64,000 nucleotides of DNA, from NCBI GenBank assembly GCA_002189035.1, contig CM007989.1, positions 7,564,001 through 7,628,000 on the forward strand. The letters are read 5' to 3'. Below the pieces are notes generated by a model. It was not told where the DNA came from and searched no databases. It worked only from the letters and a program-made list of their open reading frames with translations. Both the position numbers and the translations under genes were made by a program. Positions 11,201 to 24,469 of this stretch are shown here, piece after piece; the first letter of the stretch is position 1, and the number at the start of each line of letters is the position of its first letter. Source of the DNA: Utricularia gibba. Lineage: Eukaryota; Plantae; Magnoliophyta.

Positions 11201-14200
11201 ATTTTCAAAATAAGTTGGTGGAGACGATACAATTTATGGAGATACTTAATTTGAAGGACAGCGTAGAAAAGGACACTTTTTTCCGTAAGCTTCCGAATCT
11301 TGCTGAGCAGCTTCCCCGCCAGATTGTTTTGAAGAAGGTGTGCTTTAGCTTCCATTATTTTGTAGATTAATATGAGGTGGCTTATTACAAGTTTGGGTTT
11401 TTCCAGCTGCTTCCAGTGTTAGCTTCCGCCTTGGAATTTGGTTCAGCAACTGCCCCAGCTTTGACAGCATTCTTGAAAATGGCATCTTGGCTTTCAGCAG
11501 AAGAATATGGTGCAAAGGTTGGTTTTTGTTACATGTATCTGATACTTTCTGTCATTGCGTTTTTCTAGAAAAGAAACAGGTACATGTGTTTCTATCAATA
11601 CATTGTGCGTAAGTTATGTTTCTTCCGTTCCAGGCATTGCCGACAATTGTTAAGCTTTTTGCGTCTGTTGATCGGGCAATAAGGATTGGTCTTCTTCAGC
11701 ACATTGATCAGTATGGCGAGTCATTATCTGCTCAAATTGTTGATGAACAAGTATGGTTGGTTGGGTTTTTTTGTGTTTCCTTTTTGAGTGATGAACATGA
11801 TTTGAGTTCTGTGCACAGAATGTAGAAACAAAATGCTTATTACATCTTTTCATAGGTTTACCCACATGTTGCAAATGGGTTTTCTGATACATCTGCTTCC
11901 CTTCGAGAGCTGACTCTGAAATCTATGCTTGTTCTGGCTCCCAAGGTAATGGAAACTTTTAAAGGCCATATATGTTTCGAATTACTGGTGTTCAAATTCC
12001 TGAATTTTTCTCCCAATAGGTAAGTAGGAGTGTATGCATCCTCTTCCCACCAACAAATATTTTGCATTTACATTGAATTATTTTTATATTAATGGATTTT
12101 ATTTCCATTGATCTCATGTAACCTGATCCAGCATCCAACACGACAATTGTAATATTAATTGCCATGGTGGTCTGTCGAGGATTTAGGGTTGATTGATGTA
12201 TGCTGAAGTTTGGTGTTATAGCATGGGTAGATGAATGTTAAAGTGCATTGATTTGAAGGTGATTCTCATTTGACTTTTCTCGTTCATTTTTCCACAGCTT
12301 TCTCAACGCACAATATCAGGATCACTTCTGAAGTTTCTTTCAAAGCTACAGGTAGCAACGTGGATGTTACTTCAGATGCAGTGTGACAAGTGTTTCTTGT
12401 TCACTGAATGATGTTCCTGGGGAGCTGATTCTACAGATTTCAAACTTCTGCTTTGATATGATGCAGGTTGATGAAGAACCTGCTATTCGTACCAATACTA
12501 CCATACTTCTTGGAAATATTGCAAGTTGCCTTAATGATGGGGTCAGTGCCAATGATCATAAATGATTACAACGTAGACTTTTTTGAAGTTATCGCTTTGG
12601 AGTGATTCTATGAGCCTCTTATTATACTATAAAATTGGATGATATGCAGACAAGAAAAAGAGTTCTTATAAATGCATTTACAGTTCGAGCTTTGCGTGAC
12701 ACATTCGCTCCTGCCAGAGGTGCAGGTACTCAATTTAAGGCTAATCCTTGAACATGCTAGTTTGTGGATCTGTCTCCCTTTCAAATAAGCCTACCTGTGG
12801 CCCTCTATATCTGAACATAATACTTTTCAGGTATCATGGCATTGAATGCCACTAGTTCGTACTACGATGCCACTGAAATTGCTACTCGAATTTTGCCAAA
12901 TGTAGTGGTCCTGACCATTGATCCCGATAGGTAGCCCCCTGCCTGCTTGTTTATTATTTGGTGCACCTCTCTCTCACCAGGATCCGTGTTCCATTTTTCC
13001 ATTTTGCTGTGTTTCGCCCTTCAGCATCTTTGTACATGTTTTCTCTGGCTTCAGGGAATGGATATTCATTTTATTTCGAGGCTGTTTATTGTTCATGTAG
13101 TTTTTTGGCTATTTTCTAATATGTTCTTTGCAGTGACGTTCGAGCCAAAGCATTCCAAGCCGTTGAGCAGTTCTTGGAATTGCTGAAACAGTACGAAAAA
13201 AAGGTATGCACATATGAAATTATTGAGGCCTTTCTTCCTTTCACCCAGTTGGGAAAGTGTACATGCTGCGTATGCAGCTGAATTAAACCCAGCGCATGAG
13301 TCATGCAGTAGTTCATCTTTATTTGGCAATGGCATCATTCTTTTTTTTTTTCCCATTATAGACAGCTGAGGGAGATACTGGGATCACAGGCACTGGAGCT
13401 ATACCTGGAAATGCTGGTTTACTCGGGTATGCTAATTTTTGGGTATTATCTTATAAATACAATGGTCCTGGAGACTTATAAACAGAATTAAGTACTCGTA
13501 TATATTAGCTCGTTTCCTCTTTTGGGTACCACGTTTTGCAATGGTGTTTGTTTTTAATTGGACTCCCTTCAATGTAGTTGGGCAATGAGCTCTTTGACAC
13601 TGAAGGGAAAACATCCTGAACAAACTACTAGCCATAATCCGTCGAGCTCAACTTCAGCGCTTACTTTAAGCTCAAATACCGTTTCAGGTAAACATCTTTA
13701 CCGTCACTTGTCTTGCTCCTCACTTGTTTCACTCATTCTAGTTCGAGCAGTTCTTTTAAAAACATTATATTATCCTTCGAATTACTTTTTCATCCCTGCA
13801 AGAGCTAACAACGGTACTTTGGTTTCAGATGATTCAAATGTACCTTTGGTTCGTGCAGATTCTGGGGTTGATTTGGCTGATTCTGCTGATAGCCGCCGAC
13901 TGCCCTCCCCATCCTCAAATGATGGATGGGGGGATCTTGAAAATGGTACTCATGATGAGCTTGATGATGGGAAAGATGGGTGGGATGAGCTTGAGCCACT
14001 TGAGGAAGCAACACAACCTTCATTGCTTGCGAATATCCAAGCAGCTCAGCAACTGCCGATTTCTCTATCAAAACCAAATGGTACTTGCATGGACAATATG
14101 AATTTCTTTTTCCATTAGGCATCACATCGGCTAATTATGAGCAACTGGTATACCCCCCTAATTGTTTTCCTTCATGCAGTCTCAAATTCAAGAACGAAGA

Positions 14201-14523
14201 GCATAGTTAAACCAAATAAAGATGAAGACCATGACTCTTGGGGTGATACAGCAGGGGCTTCTAAGGTAGTATCCAAGCAGTCCATCTCAAAAATCAGCAA
14301 ACAGGACGAGGAAGATCCTTGGGGAGCCATCGCTGCACCAGTTCCAAAATCGTCCTCCAAGCCACAGAAAGTGAAAAGTAGTGAATTAGCGGATGATGAC
14401 CTCTGGGCCTCAATTGCTGCTCCACCACCTACAGTGGGGCCGAAGCCATCAGTGGCAGGGCGGGGTCGGGGTTCAAGAGCTGCTGCCCCTAAACTGGGTG
14501 CTCAAAGGATCAACAGGACCTGA
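8293..14523 (+). CDS. SCYL1: SCYL1/SCY1-like pseudokinase with HEAT/ARM repeats (CTEXP-like), 21 exons
   Basis: MLKFLKGVVAGSGAALKDLPYNIGEPYSTAWGSW; VRHPNILSFLHSTE; VHGNVCIASVVVTQTLDWKLHAFDVLSEFDG; DEEPAIRTNTTILLGNIA; RVLINAFTVRALRDTFAPARGAG; ends APKLGAQRINRT*. All 20 introns checked as GT-AG and in phase. Confidence 0.95.
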
Positions 14524-15722
14524 AAAAACACTTCCCAATTCATTTGGAGGAAAGCAAAGTGAAACAGCCGCAGGGTTTTTTTGTAAATGCTTCTGCCAAA
14601 TTTATTTTCAGGTAACTGCATTATTTCCATCGCCGTGTGTTGTATTTAGTTCACGCTCTACAATTCATCGGTATGAAGATTTTATTCTTTCCTTCATACA
14701 TCCAATAAAGAAGGGTGCATTACTCTGAATCGCGTACTGCTTTTCATTAACTTCTTATTCACTTGCTCTTTCCTGGATATTTCTTGGAGCAGAGCACTGC
14801 CGCTATTCTCAAAAGCCATGCCAGAATCCCAGAACCTAAGACTCGGTAGTTTAGGTCACAAATTGAGCAGTCACCCTGAACCTGCCATGGTACTGCTTTG
14901 GTAGCCGATGTATTAGCAGCTACACATAGCCAACCGCTGATCCGTTCCTATTATATTTCTAGGTGATTGAGGATTAGTTTGTAGGAGGGTGCAAGCATTT
15001 TCGATATGGTGTTACACCCACAATAACCAGTTAGCAGTGTCCATTTTCAGTTCACTCGTGTGGAGAAGACAGAGGTTCTCCCTGCCGTTGACTGTTTTCA
15101 GGATTCTAGAATTCGGTACAGTTGGCAGGAGGGGAGAAGATCTTGAGGAAAACCAAAGAGAATGGTGAGAGCTGAGTCCCTACAGGATGCAGGATCCACA
15201 GAAGCTCTTTTCCGTGATGGCTATCAAAATCATCAGGATATTTGCTAGATTGCTTCACCCCTAGGATTGTTAAAATCACTTTCAATGTATTCTTTTCTTG
15301 TGTTTTCCTTTTTTCTGGTAGGATAAAACTGTTTTCTATTATTCGAGATCCACCAGCTGAGTCTACCTTTCAGAGATGGTGTCTCATAGTTCATGCTTGA
15401 TGCTATTAGATCATCCTAAGCAGGATGCATGATGGCTCGAGAGACTTAGCAGTGGGTTGCATGAATGTGGCAAAGAGATGCAATAGCGATGATGAAATTG
15501 TAATAAGGAAGCACAGCACCGTCAAGCAAATCACACTGAGGTGGTTGAATGGAATGAAAAGCTGAGATTTCACATGACATATAGCTGGTCGGTGAGTAGA
15601 TGCTGACAATTCAACGAGGAGGGTAGATGGGTAGCAACTGGTAGCAGAAGAAACTGGAAAACATGGAACAAAGAGGGTAATGGTAATGATGCGAATGCCG
15701 CTGCTTCTTGCTTTTTTCCTTG

Positions 15723-16929
<1,207 letters not shown>

Positions 16930-16992
16930 TGTTGAAAAACACACACAGGTTTTTCTTGGCGAGGCACAATAAAGGTGATGAGGTACCAGAGA

Positions 16993-16999
16993 ATATATA
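16993..16999 (-). promoter_or_regulatory. TATA box of the peroxidase gene
   Basis: CTATATAT on the minus strand about 65 nt upstream of the ATG. Confidence 0.55.
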
Positions 17000-18743
17000 G
17001 ACAGGGGATCAGTGAGGGAAGGTCCTCTTTCTCCCAGTGAAGCCGACCATTACCAGCTCCTCTGTGTGAATGGGCTACCCATTTCCAAATAGTTGTTAAG
17101 TTTTTTGGTGAAGAGCCGAAGACAATGGAGACCAGATCGCCAAAAGAGAAGTAATTTTCAAGCAAAATGTAATAGCTCTGCTACCAGAATAGGTGATTGA
17201 CCTTGTCAACCATCTGCTTCCCCCACCCAACATCTGACTCCGCGTCAAAAGGAAGCCCAAAAGTCCAACTTTCGAGTTAACACCACTAGGAAAGATAGGT
17301 TAAGTTTCATATTCTCATCATCAGGGGAAGTTAACAATGTATCTAAGCTATTTTTTACATGAGTTTTAACTTCTAAGTTTGTGTTCAACATTGCTCAAGA
17401 GTCTGCATGGTTTTCAGACCGATGGTTAAACAAGTTTCCGTCCAAGGCCACAATTGCAATGTCGTCTCTTTTATCTCAAGTATTTTAAGAAACCCATGCA
17501 GAGGCTGTTGTAGGAGCCAAAGGAATGATCAACTTGACGAACGGACAAGAGCTCTGACAAACCAAGAAGAACCAATAGTCTGCACTTTCAATTGAATTGT
17601 ACAAAGATTATGAGAGATTGATACTCTTTTTTTTTGTAATAATATTGTTGGTTGCTCGTCTGATTCTGCCGTTTTCCATGAGCAGATCCACACTGATATT
17701 AATGATTCAGACGGGGGAGGATGACCCTCCGATCCATGCGCATAGAGATTTCTTGGTAGGTGTATATCAATAATCATTCTGCTGTGGTTTTGATTTGATT
17801 TGGTGGAACCTACTGCTGGAGGCAGTATCTTTCAAGGGCATTCTGAAGTGCACAGCTCCGCCTAACGAGAGAAGCCAGCTGCCAGAATCGGGAAGCTAGA
17901 GCTTCCTTAAGAGAAACCAGAAAAACAAGTTTACTCGTTATCCATGGCGGCAGACAAGTACAAGATCCCATTTATCCAGAAGTTCTGCGAGCAGCAAATG
18001 GTGGGATCTTCGTGTTCCTCCACCGCCCTGGATGTGCTGGAAGTGTCAGACACTTGCCCCAACCAGACCCTCAAGGTGACAGCTTTGCGTTCCTTAAGGG
18101 ATATTTAGGATCCTGGAAGAAGCTATGTTCTCTCCCAGATTTGATACATAGGATCGTGCTCAGAAATCCTCATCTCCCCCTCCAGATCACCAGGGCTTCT
18201 GTCATGGACATAAGAAGCAGGAGTGCCCTCTAGGCTCACATGACTTTCCTCTGATGCTGTTAAATGCAACAACACGCACTTGTCCACCTTTCATGCACTG
18301 GACCGAACTTCATCTTCACCAAGGTAGATAGCATGGCAACTGGCGAGAGGGATTCCTACTGTGCATGATGTATTTTCAGGGTCGACTTTTTTCTTTAGTG
18401 GGTTATCTAAACAAACCAGTGTGTTTGAGGAGCAGAACCCACACCTTCATCCCTTTTCTGTATTTTGTCCCTTAACCGTTTATGCTCTTTGCTTTCTGGA
18501 AAATTAATAAACGCAAGCGCAACATTTCAAAGCTTTGTACAGTCGACACATCACAAAAAAAAAAAAGGAAAAAGCTTGTTTTAGAACCCTTGTAATAAAG
18601 GGGTGATAGATGTAAAAAGACAGAAAAGAAACACAATCGAAATTGTGAATAAAATATATAACATACAACAGACGGGTACCCACAACTTCTTGTGGCAAAA
18701 GCTCGTAAAAGGAAAAGCTAGCGGGTGTTTGAGGATTGATAAA

Positions 18744-18879
18744 TGGTTTCGCTCCAGTTTTCGATGGCATTGGAAACCAGAAGGGCATACACGCACACCA
18801 GTTACAGAGTTGTCGGTTGAGGGTGGCAAAGATGGGTGGCGTTTCTAAGTGGTTTCGCTCCAGTTTTTGATGGCATTGG
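18744..18879. repeat. 30-bp direct repeat (29/30 identical) copying the end of the bHLH-like CDS into its 3' UTR
   Basis: TGGTTTCGCTCCAGTTTT(C/T)GATGGCATTGG at 18744-18773 and 18850-18879. Confidence 0.9.
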
Positions 18880-19571
18880 TAATCGCCCGTTCCACGATCT
18901 GGGCGTCAACGAGTTCTTCGTCTTCCTCGTTCTGCAATGAATGCGGCTTTTAGAGTCACATAGTTGGGTTTTGTAAAAGATAACTGACTATTCATTTCTT
19001 ACTTCTCCTCCGAATGCTTGTAAGCAGAAACAGTCGACACAAGAAACCCTAGCTTCAAGGACATTGAGCCCCAGTTCCTCGAAGGTCTCGAGTATCGAAA
19101 CCAGCAAGCCTGGACACCTTCTCCCTGAGTTCACGATCACCATGAATCCCTTCTCCAGGTTTTCGACGGTTACCGTCTGTGTTGAAAATCAGTTCTACAC
19201 GCTCAGTGATTTTGCTTTTCTGTATCTTTTTAATACTTGAAAAGAGTGGGCGTTACCGGCCAAGAATCATTCAGGGGAACCGAAGTCTCTACAGTTGCTA
19301 CTTCTTCACTCAGCTTCTCCACCTTTTGTTTCATCTGCCTTATGTAGTTAGATGCATCTGATACAATCGACGTCTTCGTTCTCTGCAAGCATCCTGCGAT
19401 GATGAGCCATCTATGCAATGCAATGCGTAACACAGCAACAGCAGTAACAGCATGCGCCCTGTGGGCTCGTAGAGAAGAAAGGGAAAATCTTACTGCATCA
19501 GAGTGAGTGATGGTGCGAAGAAGTTCCAGCTTTCGATGAAAAGATTCTTTCTTGTGGTCTCTGGAAGCCAT
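18845..19571 (-). CDS. Small basic-less bHLH plus ACT-like transcriptional regulator, 4 exons
   Basis: Exons 19494-19571, 19257-19382, 19003-19176 and 18845-18931, all phase 0: MASRDHKKESFHRKLELLRTITHSDA / RTKTSIVSDASNYIRQMKQKVEKL / TVTVENLEKGFMVIV..PGLLVSILETFEELGLNVLEARVSC / ..AITNAIKNWSETT*. Matches the small plant bHLH-ACT family (At2g40435/At3g56220 type, from memory). Confidence 0.9.
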
Positions 19572-21811
19572 AGTTTTTATTTAGATTGCTTGCTTACTCC
19601 CTTTCTCCTCCTCCCTTCTTCCACCTCGCTCCCTCAACACCCCTCCGTCCCGTCCCGTCCTTTAAAGATGTCGTCTCCCGACCCATGCAATTTTTCCAAA
19701 TCCAAAAATGCCAGAGAATGACATCGAAATCTGTGCAAAATCCTTTTTTTTCTGCATAAAAAAAATTCCCGGATGAACACAAACTACCATTTTGCCACTG
19801 CGCAATTTGTGGCATCATCAGCTGAATCCACTTCTACCCTTGCCTGTTTGTCGTCACACCAGTGGCTTCTGTAGCAAATAATCTATCTCTAAGCACACAG
19901 AAAGTGAATCAGATAAGGAGAATGATGTTCATTTCACAAAGGGGAGAATATCTTCTGGCTCGTGCTACGTGGGAGGGGCATATTTTGTTTGGTTCGAAGG
20001 CAACAATATGCAACGTAGCAGAATCAGTACATGAGCGCAGGCATACCACGCTACACATGACTCGGATAAATTGTGTAGGCGTACAGAAACTGAGGAGGAG
20101 GAGGAGGAAGAAGAGGAGCTCGTGAGCTTGAAACTTGTCATGGCTGCATGCTACAGGTATGCGTTTTTGTGTCTGTCTGCTGTGTAGCATCCACCTTTTC
20201 CTAGATAAGAGTCATGTGATGCTTATGGATAAGTACACGGAGGAATATATATATAGATATCAATGATGAACAATTTGATGCATGAGTGCCTATGTGTGTT
20301 GTCTGTGTGAGTGGGAAATCTGAAAGGCTCCAAAGGGTCTTCACGGGAAATTTGAAGCTCCCAGCCGTCATATTTGTCTTCTCCCACTCCTCTCTTTCTA
20401 CACGTGCGCCTTCACCATTTTGGTTTTCTTATTCTTTTCGCTTCCATTTGTCTCGTCTCTGGATGCCAGTCAACTCAGCAAAAAAAGGCGTAGATGAAGG
20501 AGGGGATGGTTGAATTAAGCCATTACCACTGACCCTGCAGCTGCTGTGAATTAAGCTCCCCGTGCTGGTGGTTGGGATTCGGGTTTTGAATGCTAAGAGA
20601 AAGGAGAATCTACAGGAAGCTCCTTGTCCCCAAATGCATAGCAAATAATTCTCCGCTCTGCTACAGACAGATGCATCCTGCCCAGAGATTAAATCACGGG
20701 ATGTTATCAGAATGTCCGTCCGGATGATTCGAGTCGAGCTTCCTGCCTCTCACACGCAACACCGCACCATACCCTGTGATCAGAAGAAGAAGCTCTTCAT
20801 CATCGTCCCCAGCACACACAGAAGATGATATGATGATGCTTACATGCACAGCCATCACGATCTTATGGGGGCTGCATTATTTGTTAGGTTTTTCCCAAGA
20901 TTCTGTACTCAAACTCGCACATTATTATTGTCTTCTGGAGTGGCGACTAAAGCTGGAGAGCAGTGGAGAAATGGGGTAAGAAATGGTAGACTTGTGAATG
21001 GCGACTAAAAGTGGATCACGGGCAGCAGTAAAAGTACATTCACATGCAAGTGTTACAAACCACAACAAAATGACTCGATGAACATATCGCCCGAGTCCAA
21101 CAAACTCGGGAATTCCCTTACTGCTTTTTTTTTTTCTCACCCATTTATCCCTTCTAACCTGCATGCTAATCAACACATATTGTAACAAACAATTTCATAT
21201 CGAAAAATAAAAATAAAATAATGAAATATATAATAAATTATATATTACTAGTAATTGATTATGTTTAATCTTTTATAATAATTTATGTTTTTTTGTATAT
21301 TTGGATTTCATGTATACTCAAATAACTTATTGAATCTTTAATTTCAAACTCCCCGATTAAATCCACCATCCCATGCTTCTAGGGAGATCAAACTTGAATC
21401 ATGGTAAACACCTTGTGTCTTTGATTCGTCATTTGTACTGGAAAATGCTTCAGTACGAAGCATGAACAAACAGACTTTTTAACCTCTATCACATCCAAAT
21501 GCACGGTTGTATCTAATGCCAAAAATGGTGAATATCAATTTACCAAAAAAAATGATTAATCCTCCTTCATGCACACATATACATGATATGCAATGGAGGG
21601 TGACGTCACATTTCTACGATAATTGGAACTAATAGAAAAACTATAATTTATGAATTATCAATGAATACGAGTATTAGGAATAAATATAAGTGATGATTTT
21701 ATTAATATATAGTGAATAATTAAATGTTTTTAAAAAATTATATAAGATAATTATGATTAAATATATAAAAAACATTATTACCAGAATTGATAATAAATAA
21801 TCACTGCAAAT

Positions 21812-22900
21812 TGGGCTTCCTTATGATAATATTAAGGCCCATTAAGATTCATCAACACTTGAAACTTGTGCAAAAATTTGAACTTCTGCATCGACTTCCA
21901 TTCCGCATCTCGGGTGCAGTTTCCGCATTCGATCTGCTCCGGCGTGGAAGAATCTTCTGATATCTCTGTGTGATTGGGTAAGTTTGGGAAATGGTGAATC
22001 TACTTCACCTTTTTTTTTTATCTTCGTATGTGTTATATGAGTTGACACTGAATGCTCCTTTTTTATTCTTGGTTTTTGTGCTGATTCTGATGGTCCGTTT
22101 TGCCGGTACGTAGGTTAAATTGAGAAATTGATCGTGGGTATTATGTGAAAGGGTTTACCCATTTCGTTTACCTTAGAAGGGTGGTAGCATGTGGTTGGTT
22201 GAAGGGGGTGGGTGACGGCCCCTGCCTGCCCCCCGTGGGGCCGCCGCTGATGTGGTTGAAGCGATTTATATATTTGCATTCATCTGAGTAGAAAAATGAT
22301 GTTTCGTAGACATTTCGAACAGTAAAGTTACTGCTTGGATTCTCTTCAGCTAATTATGAAGCACGTGCCAAAATGTTTAAGCTGACAATCTTGCAACCTG
22401 AAAAACTGATTTTTTGTTCTCTTTCAATGAAACCAACTTCATCTGCCAGTTTTTCAGTTGGATTCACTCTGTATTCTGCTCCATTACCCACTTCATGAAT
22501 TTCAATGGCGTGAAGGCTGCTTGCGAGTTGAATAAGGGTCAAGATCTTTGTTTTATGATGATTCAAGTATCTCAGCTCTCAACAGATCGTGCAACTGAAA
22601 TGCTCAGGTATAGAGCCAGAGGTCTTCTTATAAAGTAAGTGGCCACTAGCCTTCTCCGCCAAGAAATCTTCATGAGCACTCGTGCCAGTGTTGAATAAGG
22701 CATTGACGTGGTTCACAACCAATCGGTGACGTAGATTCTTCTGTTACCTGCAATGATATCTTGGAAGGAATAAGATCCCATCAACCATCGATCACAAGAC
22801 AAAATTTATGGTCTGGATTGAGCTGCTTGGGCTCGAAGAAGCCTATTTGTAAACTATGTTCTTGTGTTGTGATTTTCTAGGAAAGTTATAATTTTTTTGT
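21812..22900 (+). ncRNA. Candidate spliced non-coding or small-ORF transcript
   Basis: Site II motifs (21812, 21836) after an AT-rich spacer, a GC-richer first-exon-like segment, strong donor TGG|GTAAGT at 21978, U-rich intron-like tract, acceptor CTCTTCAG at 22349, and a T-rich 3' end near 22850-22920. No recognisable ORF. Inference only. Confidence 0.3.
22189..22261. mobile_element. Possible MITE-like relic: GC-rich decayed hairpin between 9-bp direct repeats
   Basis: ATGTGGTTG at 22189 and 22250 flanks about 50 bp of very GC-rich sequence containing arms GGGGGTGGGTG (22204-22214) and TGCCTGCCCCC (22223-22233). Confidence 0.3.
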
Positions 22901-23166
22901 TTTGTTCTGAGGTTCTGTACTTGGTATTCCACTAGCAGTGTCTCCTGTGTGAATAGATGCTTTCCATGTAATGTGAGATTTACAACTTCTTAAGTAATCG
23001 GTTTCTAGAAATTCCACACATCTGTCCAATTCCTAAGGGCGGGAAAATGGTTGGGCTATGCCAACACCAGAAGCATCCTACGATCCCAGTGCCACAGATC
23101 AGAATAACCTGACCAGAAGCAATACATGCCCTGAACAGAACTGAACGCCCCTAACAATCTAGATTT

Positions 23167-24469
23167 TCATGGCAGTAAGCCTACGCAGTCTGATGAAGTA
23201 GAAGAGATGCAGTCAGCTATGAAATACTTGAGCTGTTCATCGTCATCATCCGTGCTTCTGGAAGCATAATAATCAACGGGGTTGATAAGATCCTCAGTCA
23301 CTCGATTGCAACTCGTTACAGGCACAGGAGATGATACCACCATTGCCATAACCTTTCTTTTCTTGTAATTCGCTTTGAAGCAAGCTTGTCTCAGTCTTTT
23401 AGTTTTCTCTTCCAGTTGCATGTCGGGTATCTCTTCCATTAACTTCTTTTCCTGCTGTAAAACTTTTATGGATTCTCTAAGTCCAACTGCATCGTCATTT
23501 CCGAGGTCCTGCCATGTAACCCAAGAAACATCGGAATTGTTTAGATTGTCATCTATTTGGGAATCATGCCCTTGGGATACAAAAAAACAAAACATAACTA
23601 GCTCAGTTCCAACAGAAACAAACTTTGAAAGGAAGTCCAGATGTTGAAAAAAGAAAATAAAAGAAAAGCATGAGTTAAGTTGTGTTGTTGTTAACCTGAA
23701 CATTCTTGATCAGGGTTTGAAGGCTTGTCAGCTTTCTGTGAGGCCACCTCTTGATCCCGAGTTCTCTACACCTTTTTTTCAACAGGGTTAATCCAACATT
23801 CAGCTCTCTCGCAGCCTGAGTTATTGGCAGGTAAAAGCAATCCGAAATCTCCTTTCTTGACAGTCTCTTAGAGCTTGAACTGCTGCTGCTGTTCTTCACA
23901 TGATTTTTCATTGATCTCTTACTTTTCTCTTCGTTCAGTAAATTTTCCTGGTCAAATATGACAGCAGTCTCCTTTTCTATGTTTTCCTGCGGCAGTTGCT
24001 GTTGCTTATGTACCTCATAAAAACCTGGCTTCATGTCATCCCATTCATAATCAAATGCCTCTGCAAATGAAGAAAATTAAAAAAGCAAAGAACAAGCTCC
24101 ATGACACTTTATACTGGTGTAGTGTGGTTGTTACCCTGGGTGAAAGAAGTTTGTTGTTGTGGCTGGTAAAATGGATCACACACAGTGAAATCCGGCAATG
24201 AAGCTCCATCGAAAACATTCACCGGCGTTCCATAGTAGTTATGCTGCATATCCCATCCGTTAAACCCATAAAATCCACAGCTTACACATACAAAATACGA
24301 TGTGTCAGATACACTGATGGCTGGTTTCCAATTTCAACGTCAAGTCTAACGAAGTGAACGACACTTACTTGAAATCAAGTGGCGCGAATGAGTAAAACTG
24401 TTCATACTCTTCCTTTGGGGGCGTCTGATGATTTGGCAGCATCATGTTTAGAGCAGCAGCGTTTTCCAT
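23167..24469 (-). CDS. RKD: RWP-RK domain transcription factor, RKD clade, 4 exons
   Basis: Exon 1 [34 protein letters not shown]; RWP-RK domain [56 protein letters not shown]; last exon from 23508 with the RKD motif [33 protein letters not shown]. No PB1 domain, so not an NLP. Confidence 0.93.

Noticed and set aside
12290-12303. 14-nt match to the 5' part of miR396 (TTCCACAGCTTTCT)
   Set aside because: It is the intron/exon junction of the SCYL1-like gene, diverges after 14 nt and has no complementary arm.
15489-15570. C-box-like ATGATGA followed by two CTGA motifs (possible C/D snoRNA)
   Set aside because: No convincing terminal stem and no guide of 10 nt or more matching rRNA that I could identify; such motifs occur often by chance.
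20398-20420. Sequence resembling a miR164 star strand
   Set aside because: No mature miR164 arm nearby and no fold-back.
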